A DNA stretch of 64,000 bases from a virus (IMGVR_UViG_3300035208_002098:96001-160000); one strand, 5' to 3'; numbered from the stretch's first letter, positions 27,228 to 37,843 are shown. Made by a program: numbers and translations. The notes: generated by a model from the letters alone, not told the origin.

Positions 27228-27710
27228 TTAACCCATATGTATTCTATGTGAATTTTTTTCAAAAAGACTTTCGATAGCATCAAATAGTTCGTAAGGTATA
27301 CTATTATCACCAGTACCGATAATAACAACCATACCTAAAACACCTTCTTTGATTACATCAAAGTTTCTACGAACCCATTCTTTATCGGCTTTGTCGTATA
27401 AATCCCAATCTTTAAAGTCATTATATTCCGGTTATTCTGAATCAGTATTAATCCAATAAGGTAAATCCCAACCAGTTAAAGTATCAACCCACTCATCTAT
27501 ATTAGTTTCATTTATAACTTCAACTTTACAAATAGATTCTAATGAATCAATTGATGTGTTATTACTTTTATTATAAACTTCTAAATAATTTAATAAAAGT
27601 TCCTCAATAAATGAGATATTTTTATCTGTATTTCCAACAAATAATTCAGTTGAAGAATTAGTTATAACATCAACAAATGAATGCGGTTTTATTAATACAA
27701 TTTTTTTCAT
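27228..27710 (-). pseudogene. DVITNSS-motif protein (paralog 1) with in-frame TAA at 27432-27434
   Basis: HSFVDVITNSSTELF; the same frame continues PEYNDF...DNSIPYELFDAIE...HMG*. Confidence 0.65.
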
Positions 27711-27713
27711 TTT

Positions 27714-28205
27714 TTATAATTTAAATTCAGTTAACATTGAATCAGCTCGGCTAAATATAACTAATTTATCCCACATAGTCAATGCTTTCATAGCATCAAC
27801 CTTTGATTTATTCATATCATCTAATTGTTTCATACGCATATGGTTTGAAACAATAATTTCAACATTATCAACATTAGCACCAACACTTTTAATAAATTCA
27901 GCATCTTTAATAACCCATTTAGCACCAATATGTTCATGACCAAAGGCCCTAAATTTACCTTCTTTCTCTAATGTCTTTTCAGCAGCCAATAATTTACCAA
28001 TATCATGGTATAATCCAGCCATAATCAAATCAATATCACCAGTTGTAATTAATCTATTAACTACAATTTTAATATGTTCAAAAACGTTAGCTTCTGGATG
28101 CCATTTACTTTCTTCCTCATAAGTTTTAAGACGTTCTAATTCATCTTTAACATGTTGAGGTGCTAAAGCTACTAATTCTTCAAATATTTTAAATTCTTTT
28201 TCCAT
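27714..28205 (-). CDS. HD-domain phosphohydrolase
   Basis: WHPEANVFEH, YHDIGK, FGHE, NHM. Confidence 0.85.
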   Translation of the reverse strand: MEKEFKIFEELVALAPQHVKDELERLKTYEEESKWHPEANVFEHIKIVVNRLITTGDIDLIMAGLYHDIGKLLAAEKTLEKEGKFRAFGHEHIGAKWVIKDAEFIKSVGANVDNVEIIVSNHMRMKQLDDMNKSKVDAMKALTMWDKLVIFSRADSMLTEFKL

Positions 28206-28247
28206 TTTGCAAAGATATAAAATTTTTATTTAATAAACCAATTTAAA

Positions 28248-28685
28248 TTAAAGTATTTTACGAATAATTAATAATTCCTCAACTTTAACCCAATCAACAT
28301 ATGTATGACGGCCATCACTTGTAAGTGGAATACCTAACCCAATATCATCAATTATTAACTGACCATATGCTTTAGGGCTAGTTGTCCATGTTCTTTGTTC
28401 TGGATTTGTATTTATACCAAATAATGGTATATTATTACTTTTAAACCAATTAACAGCATCAGTTAAATAGTTACACGTTTCTTCGATAATTTCTTTACCA
28501 TTAGTTTTTTTAATAATAACATCACTACGCATTGTAAATAATATTAATCTATGACCTTTGTCAACTAATTTTCTCAAAACAGGTTGAGCACCTATATCAC
28601 TACCAACTATTGGGAATTCATGTCTCACACAAGTCCCGTCAAAATCTACAAGTATCGTAATACTTACATTGTTTTTCTTTTCCAT
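28248..28685 (-). CDS. HAD phosphatase (BT0820-like)
   Basis: VDFDGT, LFTMR, SPK..LIIDD. Confidence 0.8.
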   Translation of the reverse strand: MEKKNNVSITILVDFDGTCVRHEFPIVGSDIGAQPVLRKLVDKGHRLILFTMRSDVIIKKTNGKEIIEETCNYLTDAVNWFKSNNIPLFGINTNPEQRTWTTSPKAYGQLIIDDIGLGIPLTSDGRHTYVDWVKVEELLIIRKIL

Positions 28686-29374
28686 ATAAATTTTTTATGT
28701 GTTTTACGTTTATTTAAACAACATTGTACAATATGTGATGGGTTAAAACCACATAATGAAGCTTCGGTAGCACTTTTCCATTCTTTAACAAATACCTCAT
28801 CTAATGTATATTGAATTACTACCTTACTGATTTTATTAATTAAATTTTCAATTTGTTCTTTATTTTTTTTACACCCCTTATTTGGATTTGTATAACCATT
28901 TTCATACAATTTTTTATGTGTTTCACTCATTTTAGTCTTACTTTCAATACTAAAATTTTTAGTTTTAGTCCAATGATTTTCACCTGATTGTGATTCACCC
29001 TTTATTTTATTTCTCCATTCTGGATGTTTCAAACCTAAATTAGCCTGTCTTATTCTTTCTTTGGTTTCATCGCTACGTTTAGTACCTAATGATGAATTTG
29101 CTATCTTACATATATTAAAATACGGGTTTAATTTATCTATATAATATTGTTCTCTAGTAATTAAATTATTTAAATCCCCAACCTCTTCTAAAACATAAAA
29201 TATAAAAATGTCCTTACCATATTTATCATAAGACTTTTGTAATTTTATATTACCATGGTTTTTACGTTCCAATTCGTAAAAATGGGTACGTTTACGTTTT
29301 TCAATATTATTAGATGAACCAATATATTTTTTATTATTTAGTAAATTTTCTATACAATAAATACCACTTAACAT
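28664..29374 (-). CDS. GIY-YIG homing endonuclease (NUMOD)
   Basis: SGIYCI..KYIGSS. Confidence 0.9.
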   Translation of the reverse strand: MLSGIYCIENLLNNKKYIGSSNNIEKRKRTHFYELERKNHGNIKLQKSYDKYGKDIFIFYVLEEVGDLNNLITREQYYIDKLNPYFNICKIANSSLGTKRSDETKERIRQANLGLKHPEWRNKIKGESQSGENHWTKTKNFSIESKTKMSETHKKLYENGYTNPNKGCKKNKEQIENLINKISKVVIQYTLDEVFVKEWKSATEASLCGFNPSHIVQCCLNKRKTHKKFIWKRKTM

Positions 29375-29456
29375 TTCTTTATTTGATTAATATAACGTTA
29401 TATTAATAAATATATTAATAAATATTTTTACCCATCAAAATCTATTAATATATCCA

Positions 29457-29969
29457 TTATTCTGTTATTAACCCTTTTTTTATTAATCTATGTATGTATT
29501 TACTATGTTCCATATTTTTCTCATTTGCATACCCAATAGTTAAATGTAACCCCCAATGTGGTCTACCAAGTCCTAATTCAGCTCTAATAGCATGTAATTC
29601 ATCTCTATTTTCTTCTGGTATATTTAACCACCAATGACCTGAACTATATTTATCGTCAGAATCAGTTCTTGGTGATACATATAATATTATATCAATTTCT
29701 TTACCATCCCATTTAGATTTAACCTCATTCCAATTATCACTCATATCAGATGTTTTATCGTTGATGAAAGTAACGTGGGCATTTCTTAATGGTTTATTTA
29801 ATACTAAACCATAACGTTTTTCAATAAACCAACCATAGTAATATGTTATATCACCATCAATTTGAATCATAGCAGTTCTTTTCCAAGTGGATTGTGATTT
29901 ATGTTTATTAGTCACATCCACCGGGTCAAATACTATCTTACCTCTTTGTTTTATTATATTTGCTTCCAT
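29457..29969 (-). CDS. 2H phosphoesterase-family protein
   Basis: Two HxT motifs: AHVTF and LHLTIG. Confidence 0.7.
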   Translation of the reverse strand: MEANIIKQRGKIVFDPVDVTNKHKSQSTWKRTAMIQIDGDITYYYGWFIEKRYGLVLNKPLRNAHVTFINDKTSDMSDNWNEVKSKWDGKEIDIILYVSPRTDSDDKYSSGHWWLNIPEENRDELHAIRAELGLGRPHWGLHLTIGYANEKNMEHSKYIHRLIKKGLITE

Positions 29970-30058
29970 TATCTAGTAATTCAGTAATAATTTCATGTAT
30001 TATTTCATCATATTGTCTTTTTGACATATAAACTATAAATTTATTTTTATTTTTCATA

Positions 30059-30421
30059 TTATCTAAGTCTATTCATTAATCCAGCTAAAATATTTTGTCT
30101 TCTACGAGTATCCGCATCATCTTGGTCTTCTTCTCCTTCATCTTCTTCCACCTCACCATACCAACCATCATCATATCCAAGACCATCGTCATCGTAACAT
30201 TCGAGTGGGTTTGGGTTTAGTTTAACTTTAGTTTCGAACCAATCATCTTCAAGTTTATGACACTTACTAAACCATTGTCTAATAACATATTTTGATAATT
30301 GCTCATTATAACCAAAAACAGTCATAATATCTTCAAGCATTTTATAACCGATTAATTCGTGTAATGGTTTGGTCCAATGCCTTGAAAGATATCTAAATTC
30401 TAATTTATTCGAGTTCTTCAT
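30059..30421 (-). CDS. paralog family protein, acidic tail
   Basis: YLSRHW..GYKMLEDI..VFG..WF domain. Confidence 0.7.
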   Translation of the reverse strand: MKNSNKLEFRYLSRHWTKPLHELIGYKMLEDIMTVFGYNEQLSKYVIRQWFSKCHKLEDDWFETKVKLNPNPLECYDDDGLGYDDGWYGEVEEDEGEEDQDDADTRRRQNILAGLMNRLR

Positions 30422-30843
30422 AATTGCCCATAGCTATAATATCAGTACTTACCATTCTTATACCTACATTTCTTATAATAGGAAATGTAATACTTTCAAA
30501 CACATTTGGTTCTTTAAACCACTCATCATTTAGTATTTGGTTATAGTTGATTTCAAATAAAGTAGAAATATTGTTAGTACGTCCTCGTAACCCATCTAAA
30601 AAACCCGTTGCACTCCATTTTTCGGTTAATTCATCACGTAAATCTTCTTTTGTTGGAACAAAAGATATTTCACTTAAATGTTTCCCCCTTAAACCATTCA
30701 ATTATAACATGTTTAGCTATCTTATCATCATAGCCAAATACATTTTTGATATCATTTAATATTTTATAACCACTTATCTCATCAAATGGTTTATCCCAAT
30801 ATCTAGATATGTATTTATTAACTAATTTATGTTCGTGTTTCAT
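30405..30843 (-). CDS. paralog family domain plus capsid-like fragment, frameshift at G5 run (~30684-30688)
   Basis: MKHEHKLVNKYISRYW..VFG..EWF, then EKWSATGFLDGL...FESITFPIIRNV. Confidence 0.55.
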
Positions 30844-30865
30844 ATTATAATTTTTAATTACTTAA

Positions 30866-31399
30866 TTATACATCGAAATTACTTCTTGGTACACCTGACA
30901 TGGTAAACACATAATCCCTTAAATTATCTATATTAGTCATAGTATCTAAATAACCAACATCATCCTCAACAGGTAAATCTATAACGTTAAAATTACCATT
31001 ATGATTCATTTCACCAATCACATAATTATTTCTATCAGGTCCATTTGCAACATCAACACTAATGAACATTTGATTAATAATATTTCTATTTATGTTATTA
31101 GATAACTCAATAGCTAACATTGTTGTAAGTTGAGCCTCAACATCAATACCATGGAATGCTTGTAAATCCTGTAGCATTTCTGTTGACCAAACAAACTTAT
31201 ATGTTATTACTTCATCAAACCATTTGTCTTCAATTTCAAATTCAAAAAACCATTCTCTAATGATATCTTTTGCAACATCACAATTAACCCCAAAAACTAA
31301 TGTTATATCATATAGAATTTCATACCCTTCGATATCAATAAATTCTTTATCCCAATGTTTTGTTAGGTATTTCGATATAATATAAAAATCGTCATTCAT
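30866..31399 (-). CDS. paralog family domain plus major-capsid-like peptide
   Basis: WSTEMLQDLQAFHGIDVEAQLTTMLAIELSNNINRNII resembles the T4 gp23-type motif. Confidence 0.7.
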   Translation of the reverse strand: MNDDFYIISKYLTKHWDKEFIDIEGYEILYDITLVFGVNCDVAKDIIREWFFEFEIEDKWFDEVITYKFVWSTEMLQDLQAFHGIDVEAQLTTMLAIELSNNINRNIINQMFISVDVANGPDRNNYVIGEMNHNGNFNVIDLPVEDDVGYLDTMTNIDNLRDYVFTMSGVPRSNFDV

Positions 31400-31451
31400 A
31401 CCACAAAGATATATAATGACGATTAATATTTCAAGTATTTTATTAGATTAT

Positions 31452-31874
31452 TTATCTAAGTTCTATCGAACCACGTAATCTACTAGCCATAGCTTCTAAC
31501 GAATCTTCTGGTACATTGTGAGCATCTTTACCACCATGACGATTTTCAACAACTAGATAAAAAACTGTATAACCATAAAAGTTGGCCATTTCGGCATATG
31601 GTTTCATTTCTTTATTAGTTGTGTTTGTATTAGCAATTATAATTCTAGGACTATTAGCTTTCATCAAAAACTCACATTTATTTTGACATGCTTTATGAGC
31701 ATATCCTTGGTTTTCAGCTTTCCATTTGTATTCACCATCAACCATATGGTAATCATCGGCACAACAGATAACATCACCAGTTGCGGTGAAATGTTTTTTA
31801 GCTATTTCTTGTGCAACTGTTGATTTACCGCATCCCGGTACACCTCTTAATATGAATAATACTTTTTCTTCCAT
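31452..31874 (-). CDS. P-loop kinase, polynucleotide-kinase-like (AAA_33)
   Basis: LRGVPGCGKST, ADDY, NTN, HNVP. Confidence 0.8.
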   Translation of the reverse strand: MEEKVLFILRGVPGCGKSTVAQEIAKKHFTATGDVICCADDYHMVDGEYKWKAENQGYAHKACQNKCEFLMKANSPRIIIANTNTTNKEMKPYAEMANFYGYTVFYLVVENRHGGKDAHNVPEDSLEAMASRLRGSIELR

Positions 31875-32317
31875 TATTTCACTACGTTTAAATATGTATT
31901 TGTATAATATTCGCTAATTAAATGTCGACCATTTTTTTCGTAAAATATTAAAATTTTATCTTTAGAATATTGTAAATTTGAAGGATTATAAATGTCTCCA
32001 ATAATATAAACTGGGTAAGATTCAAACTCAACGCTAATTGGTTCTTTTATACAATCTAACAGTCTATTTTTAGTTTCGTTATCAATTGATATTGATTGAA
32101 TATCAACTAATACCTTATAATATTCAAACTTATTATGTTTAACATCGAAAAATGTTATAGTATCGGTGCCTTTACTTACAGATAAATTAATTATTTCAGT
32201 GCATAAGTAAGTATAAACACTATCATTATTTTCGTATGTTTTTTTTCTATTATATGTTTGAGAATAACAAGAAAATGACAATATTACAATTATTAATATA
32301 TTAAATACTTTTTTCAT
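31874..32317 (-). CDS. secreted hypothetical protein
   Basis: Signal peptide MKKVFNILIIVILSFSCYSQ. Confidence 0.65.
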   Translation of the reverse strand: MKKVFNILIIVILSFSCYSQTYNRKKTYENNDSVYTYLCTEIINLSVSKGTDTITFFDVKHNKFEYYKVLVDIQSISIDNETKNRLLDCIKEPISVEFESYPVYIIGDIYNPSNLQYSKDKILIFYEKNGRHLISEYYTNTYLNVVK

Positions 32318-32378
32318 ATTATTTTGTTTTTTTATTAAAAATTAAATGGTAGGTTTTTAGGCCTACCATTTAAAAATA

Positions 32379-32639
32379 TTATTCAGATACTTTTTTTGGC
32401 TTCCATACTAAGTAGATGAAATATAATCCTAATATTCCAATACCCGTTTTAATTAACCATAAATATTGTAAAATAAATGGTTTAGTTTTTAAAGCGTAAT
32501 ATGCACTATCATCATTTACTTGGTCTGCAGCAACTTGTGTATAGTTTTGAGTAATTGCGTAATGTCCAAAGCTAAAAAACATGTTAATAGCTATTAGGGC
32601 TACGACTATAACTAAGGTTAGAATTATATTCTTTTTCAT
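32379..32639 (-). CDS. membrane protein
   Basis: Two TM helices. Confidence 0.7.
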   Translation of the reverse strand: MKKNIILTLVIVVALIAINMFFSFGHYAITQNYTQVAADQVNDDSAYYALKTKPFILQYLWLIKTGIGILGLYFIYLVWKPKKVSE

Positions 32640-32641
32640 AC

Positions 32642-33606
32642 TTATTTTATTGTTGATAAACCTTTAAGACCATACAAATCTAACAACGATACTGAACCAC
32701 CAGCAGTTGTAAACGAACTTGGTACTGGTAATTTTCCTGTTCTAATACCTTCAGCTAAAGCTTGTTTAATTTCTATATCAGCATCTAAGTTCTTTTGAGC
32801 TGCGATAGCTTCTTTAGCTTGCATAAATTTATTAGCTGCTTTAACCTCATTTTCAGCGGTAGTAAATTTCATTTCAGATGCGAATTTCTCATTAATAGAT
32901 GTTTGGATAGATTTGTCTATATAATTAAATCCACCGGCAGCACCAATATTCATTATTTTGATACCAAATTCAGCAAAATGTTCAGTTGTTTTCTTACGCA
33001 TAATTTCAAATACTTCTTTACGTTGAGCTTGGCAAGTAGATAAATTTAATACACCAAATTCGGCAGTTAAGATATTTTGAATAAAACCACGTACATCATT
33101 ATCCATAACAGCTTCTAACGTTCTACCATTATACATATATAAAAACTTTGATGCCCATTCTTCTGGGATGGATGATGTGGCTGTTATACCAATACCAAAA
33201 CCAATAGATTCTTTAGACTCAACTTCAATATCTTCTTTTTTATTACCGGATGTACCACTACCATTAGCAACAGTCCATTCACGAGTAATTGGTGTTCTAT
33301 CAACTTTAATTACACGAACTGAAGGAATCCATTGACCTGTTGAACCTATACGACCAGTTTGATGCCATTGAGTTGGTGTCATTGAGTTGGTGTATAAATA
33401 CGTTTCGCAACAACTTTGTTTTTCTCAAGATAATCTTCAGATTTTAATTTTGTTTGACCATCTTTAGTTCCTTCTTCTAATGGAATTACATAGGCTGTTT
33501 CATTTGGAGCCACTTCCACGTAAATTTCCTCTTGATAAGGTTTCATACATGATGTCATTGATACTGCTAGAGCGATAACGCTCAAAATTAATGTTACTTT
33601 TTTCAT
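32642..33606 (-). pseudogene. SPFH/band-7-like lipoprotein split by a 14-bp tandem duplication
   Basis: Lipobox MTSC; CATTGAGTTGGTGT duplicated at ~33366-33393 shifts the frame. Confidence 0.7.
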
Positions 33607-33717
33607 TGTTTTTTAAATTTAAATTAATACTATTTGTTAAAATTGTTTATTATTGAGTCGCAAAGATAAATATAATTTTTGATATACGCAAATTTTTTCG
33701 TATATATTCTTAAAAAA

Positions 33718-33933
33718 TTATTTAAATCTTCTCATATCTTCTTTAAATAACTTGATATTCTTCATGTTAGCTACTAACCAATCATAAATTATTTTTTGTA
33801 AATTTTGTGATACTGGGTATCCACCCATATATATAACATCGGCTACTATTTCAAACTCAGTACCTTTTGGGAACTTTAAACCATGAGTTAATTCTGCATC
33901 CTGTAATAGGATTAAAATTTTTTGTGTAATCAT
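33718..33933 (-). CDS. hypothetical protein
   Basis: 71 aa ORF. Confidence 0.65.
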   Translation of the reverse strand: MITQKILILLQDAELTHGLKFPKGTEFEIVADVIYMGGYPVSQNLQKIIYDWLVANMKNIKLFKEDMRRFK

Positions 33934-33944
33934 TTTTAATTTAT

Positions 33945-34580
33945 TTATAATTTATTATTTATTTCTTTACCACAAAGATGAATTACCATCGATGATTCAT
34001 ATTGCATTTTTTTACCTAGTATATAATCAAAACCCTCTCTACGTGATGGTGCCGAGTATATAAACACATCAAAATTGTTATGGTTAATTTTTAGACCGTT
34101 TTTAGTCTTTTTTAAACCTTTTTTACAATGTGGTAAATCTATATCTTGGTAAAAATATTCTGTTGGTCTCCAATAACCTTCAGCTTTTAATTGTTTAGCG
34201 AAATCTAAATCAACTGGTGATTCAGAACCATTTAATGGTGGTGTTATTAATATACGTTCAACTAATTTAGCACTATCTTGTTTAATAACCCAATGGTTTT
34301 CATATACCTTATAATCATTTGATTCAAATATTGATATGTAATAACCATATTCTTCTAATTTAATTATATCATCTTTAGTAAACCAATTGAATAAATCTTC
34401 AAGTTTATCAGTCGTTGATAGATAACCAATAATATTTTCATCGTAAGGTATAGGTAATTTAGTATTAAGACAAAATGTAAATTTATCATGTATTAACCCC
34501 GTAAAATTACCATTAATATCATACCACAAACCTTGATTTGTTTCAGTATTAGCAACTCTATAAAATCTTTTTGTTTCCAT
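33945..34580 (-). CDS. hypothetical protein
   Basis: 211 aa ORF. Confidence 0.7.
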   Translation of the reverse strand: METKRFYRVANTETNQGLWYDINGNFTGLIHDKFTFCLNTKLPIPYDENIIGYLSTTDKLEDLFNWFTKDDIIKLEEYGYYISIFESNDYKVYENHWVIKQDSAKLVERILITPPLNGSESPVDLDFAKQLKAEGYWRPTEYFYQDIDLPHCKKGLKKTKNGLKINHNNFDVFIYSAPSRREGFDYILGKKMQYESSMVIHLCGKEINNKL

Positions 34581-34582
34581 TG

Positions 34583-34765
34583 TTAAAATCTTGTAACTAA
34601 TTTATCAATATCTTTATTTAATACGTTTTTAATCATAGCGTGAGCTTGTATAATATCTCTATCAACGCTGGTTTCCTTTTTTTGTGAATCAAGAATTCTA
34701 GATACCAAGCGAAGAGTGTCTTCTATATGTTTCGCTTGGTATTCGTAAATTGTTAGTTCTTCCAT
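34583..34765 (-). CDS. hypothetical protein
   Basis: 60 aa ORF coupled to the upstream gene. Confidence 0.6.
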   Translation of the reverse strand: MEELTIYEYQAKHIEDTLRLVSRILDSQKKETSVDRDIIQAHAMIKNVLNKDIDKLVTRF

Positions 34766-35328
34766 TATATACCAGCTTGTTCGTTTAACTTATCCATAAA
34801 CCATTTTCTAGCTTTATTTGAAATATTACCACTAATATCTTTAGGTTCAAATCCATTTTTAACGATAGTATCCAATTCTTCTTTTATTACGTCATTGTAC
34901 ACCCATTTTATATAAGTACCAAGACTTTTAATATCGAATGGTATGTTTTCTTGTCTTAAATAATCTAGTCCTTGCACTAACCTACCTTCTGCGACAATGG
35001 TATTAACTAATTCATTAATTGAATTAACTCGTTCAACATCAACTGGTACTTTTTCTTTAGTTGAACTACCTTTATGTTCTTCACCTTTAGCTTTGAATGC
35101 AAATCTATAGTTTTCCCATCCGGGTGTAATACAATTAAATACAATACCTTCACCGATACCTTCTATATCAAATGATTTTGATACTGGACATTCTTTTTCA
35201 ACTTCGCTAACCATAGAACCAATCTTATCCGCAGCTTCTTGTGGGTTATTAAAATCGATTATTATTTCGAACATTTTATAATCTTCAATATTGAAGATAC
35301 CATTTTCATGTGAACTTAAATTTTTCAT
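34765..35328 (-). CDS. Rnl2-like RNA ligase, C-terminal part
   Basis: GIGEGIVF (motif IV), FKAKGEEH (motif V). Confidence 0.8.
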   Translation of the reverse strand: MKNLSSHENGIFNIEDYKMFEIIIDFNNPQEAADKIGSMVSEVEKECPVSKSFDIEGIGEGIVFNCITPGWENYRFAFKAKGEEHKGSSTKEKVPVDVERVNSINELVNTIVAEGRLVQGLDYLRQENIPFDIKSLGTYIKWVYNDVIKEELDTIVKNGFEPKDISGNISNKARKWFMDKLNEQAGI

Positions 35329-35335
35329 AATTTAT

Positions 35336-36232
35336 TTATTTTATTTTTATACAATACCAATTAACATATTTTATTAAATCATTTTTTTCTAATCTACTTC
35401 TATTAGACCCAACATTTTGATATATTTTACGACCATTATTACTATAAGATTTTTTTAATGCCCCATAAGGTAACTTATTTTTCTTACAAAACTCGATAAA
35501 ATTTTCGTTTATTATATTATAAATCAAGTTATCGTTACAATCGTATATATAATATTCAGATTTTAAATTATTATCTCCTTTTGTTATACCTACCAACTCA
35601 CCAGATAATAATCGTTCATCAAAAATAGATACTCTCATAGTATTACCTAAACAGTCTTTAACTGTGGTAGTATTTTTATATATCGACACTAAATTACTAT
35701 TTTCATTAAACTCATCTTTAGTAACCCTAATTTTTTCACCATTTAGTGGATTTATAACACTAACTAAACCATTTTTTTCAAACGTCCTTTTTAATTCACC
35801 AGTTGTAAGTCTTATATCGTCACTATTCACTTGAAATGTCTCACCATTTTTATCGTATACAGGTACTTTATTTTTACAAACACCAAATAGAGAATCATTG
35901 TTATTGAAAACTTCTTTTGGTATTTGACAACCATTTAATGAAACATACCCACTTCTAAATCCACCAAACCCACCAACCTTAAGATTATAAACATCTGCTC
36001 GTTTAATAAAATCACTATTAACAAGTTTAGCCTCCATTTCTCTCATTTCAACTTCATTTTCGCATAAATGTAAAATTCTTTTCTCGAAATTTTCAATACC
36101 ATATTTTTTAATGACCCGTTTTATACGTAAACCAGAACCCATATACCCATCATCTAAATTTTTAGTTTTGTGGTACCCAATGTAAATTTTATTATTTATC
36201 TTATTTTTAATTTCGTAAATGGTGTAATACAT
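35336..36232 (-). CDS. GIY-YIG homing endonuclease splitting the RNA ligase
   Basis: TIYEI..IYIGYH..YMGSG. Confidence 0.88.
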   Translation of the reverse strand: MYYTIYEIKNKINNKIYIGYHKTKNLDDGYMGSGLRIKRVIKKYGIENFEKRILHLCENEVEMREMEAKLVNSDFIKRADVYNLKVGGFGGFRSGYVSLNGCQIPKEVFNNNDSLFGVCKNKVPVYDKNGETFQVNSDDIRLTTGELKRTFEKNGLVSVINPLNGEKIRVTKDEFNENSNLVSIYKNTTTVKDCLGNTMRVSIFDERLLSGELVGITKGDNNLKSEYYIYDCNDNLIYNIINENFIEFCKKNKLPYGALKKSYSNNGRKIYQNVGSNRSRLEKNDLIKYVNWYCIKIK

Positions 36233-36292
36233 AATAATAGTTTATTATAAAAATATAACAATATTAGAATAACACAACCACACCATTAAATA

Positions 36293-36799
36293 TTACGATA
36301 TTTTAGTTTTAACCCAATATGGTGACATATTCTCATCAAATGGAACTACTTTAGCGTTAGAAAATATAAAAACACTTTTATCCATTTTTGATATACCAAC
36401 CTTTGATTGTATACCTTTACCAACCCACTCACAAAATACTATAATCGTATTAGAATCTAAATCAACATCGTATTCTTTAGCTAATTGTTTTATTAAATCA
36501 ACCCAAACCATTCTTTTACTATAAACAAAGGTTGCAAATCCAGCGTTATCCTTTTGAGGTGTGATAATATTTTCTCTAGATTGAACATTTAACCCACGTA
36601 TATTATCATATGACACACCACCATTTGTACCATGTAATTTAACAGTACCACGATAATTTAATATCGGTAATGGTAACGTTTCATCTTGGATTGGGTCACC
36701 ATTTTCGTCTTTACCAGCATATTGTGCTCTATATTTAACGTTATAAATTGCGTTCCTGAATTGTTCAATGTCTGGGAACTTATGCATTTTAATTTCCAT
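36293..36799 (-). CDS. Rnl2-like RNA ligase, N-terminal part
   Basis: TVKLHGTN (motif I), QSR, FCEWVG (motif III). Confidence 0.8.
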   Translation of the reverse strand: MEIKMHKFPDIEQFRNAIYNVKYRAQYAGKDENGDPIQDETLPLPILNYRGTVKLHGTNGGVSYDNIRGLNVQSRENIITPQKDNAGFATFVYSKRMVWVDLIKQLAKEYDVDLDSNTIIVFCEWVGKGIQSKVGISKMDKSVFIFSNAKVVPFDENMSPYWVKTKIS

Positions 36800-36894
36800 A
36801 TTTATTTTAGTTTTAATTATTAATATACAAAAATAGGTATTATTTATCAGAAAAACAAATAATACCTATTAAATTTTTATAAAAAATCGAAAAA

Positions 36895-37374
36895 TTATAT
36901 TTTAACCATAATATAATCACTTTTATTTTCAATAACATCAAACTTTTTAATCTGAGTTATTGAAGTAACCGTTATTTCATCAGGTAAATTACATCTAAGT
37001 GACCAATCACCACACCATTCAGCCGAACAATGCACTTTAAGTTTAAATAATTTATCACCAACCATTACAAAATCATCAACACTTACCCCTTCATCTGGTA
37101 AGTCATCACCATAAAATCCGTCTTTGTAACCACTTTCTTCTTTAAAATATCTTTCAATCCTTGTTCTAATATCTTCACCGTCAACTAAATTCTCTAAAAC
37201 TATCTCAACGCATATTTTTGAGTCTTCTTCGTCTTGAATCCTTTTAGCTTCTAATTTTTCTATTTCAAGTTCTTTATTCATTGCTTCAATGAATTCATCA
37301 ACGTTTACAATTAGACCAATATCACTTAATACTTTTCTAATGATTGATTCTTTGTATTTATTTTCTTTACCCAT
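36895..37374 (-). CDS. hypothetical protein
   Basis: 159 aa ORF. Confidence 0.7.
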   Translation of the reverse strand: MGKENKYKESIIRKVLSDIGLIVNVDEFIEAMNKELEIEKLEAKRIQDEEDSKICVEIVLENLVDGEDIRTRIERYFKEESGYKDGFYGDDLPDEGVSVDDFVMVGDKLFKLKVHCSAEWCGDWSLRCNLPDEITVTSITQIKKFDVIENKSDYIMVKI

Positions 37375-37377
37375 AAT

Positions 37378-37809
37378 TTATGAATTTAACATCTTTTCAA
37401 TTTCTTCAAGTTCAAGTTGTCTTTTCATTTCAGGACTAACTAGTTGGTCAAGACGTTTCTCTAAATTAGCCAATTCTGATTGTTTAGATTTAATTTGAAG
37501 TTTATCAAATCTAGTCTTTAAGTCACTTTTCCATTCTTCAACTGTATAACCAGCAATTTTGAAATTGTAATTACACCCTAAATCTTTTGATGCTTCAGCA
37601 AAAGCTTTATCATCTGATATAATTGAAGCGTAAACTTCAACTATTTTCTCAAGGTCAGTAATAGTATGAAGATTCATATTACCACCACTTTTAAGAGGGA
37701 AAGAACAATTTGTTATCCAACTTGGTTTATCAAGTTTTTCTATTTCAGCTTTTTTCACCTGAATTACGTTAAACAATTTTTTTATTGTTTCATCTGCTTT
37801 ATCTGCCAT
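37378..37809 (-). CDS. coiled-coil hypothetical protein
   Basis: 143 aa ORF. Confidence 0.7.
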   Translation of the reverse strand: MADKADETIKKLFNVIQVKKAEIEKLDKPSWITNCSFPLKSGGNMNLHTITDLEKIVEVYASIISDDKAFAEASKDLGCNYNFKIAGYTVEEWKSDLKTRFDKLQIKSKQSELANLEKRLDQLVSPEMKRQLELEEIEKMLNS

Positions 37810-37843
37810 AATCTATTATTTGTTTATTTATTATTTACTTATT

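Noticed and set aside
27432-27434. Stop-codon reassignment suggested by the in-frame TAA
   Set aside because: Single case. TAA, TAG and TGA all end genes normally here and no suppressor anticodon was found.
35329-36292. Group I intron in the RNA ligase
   Set aside because: Non-coding flanks are too short and no P7-type motifs were seen.
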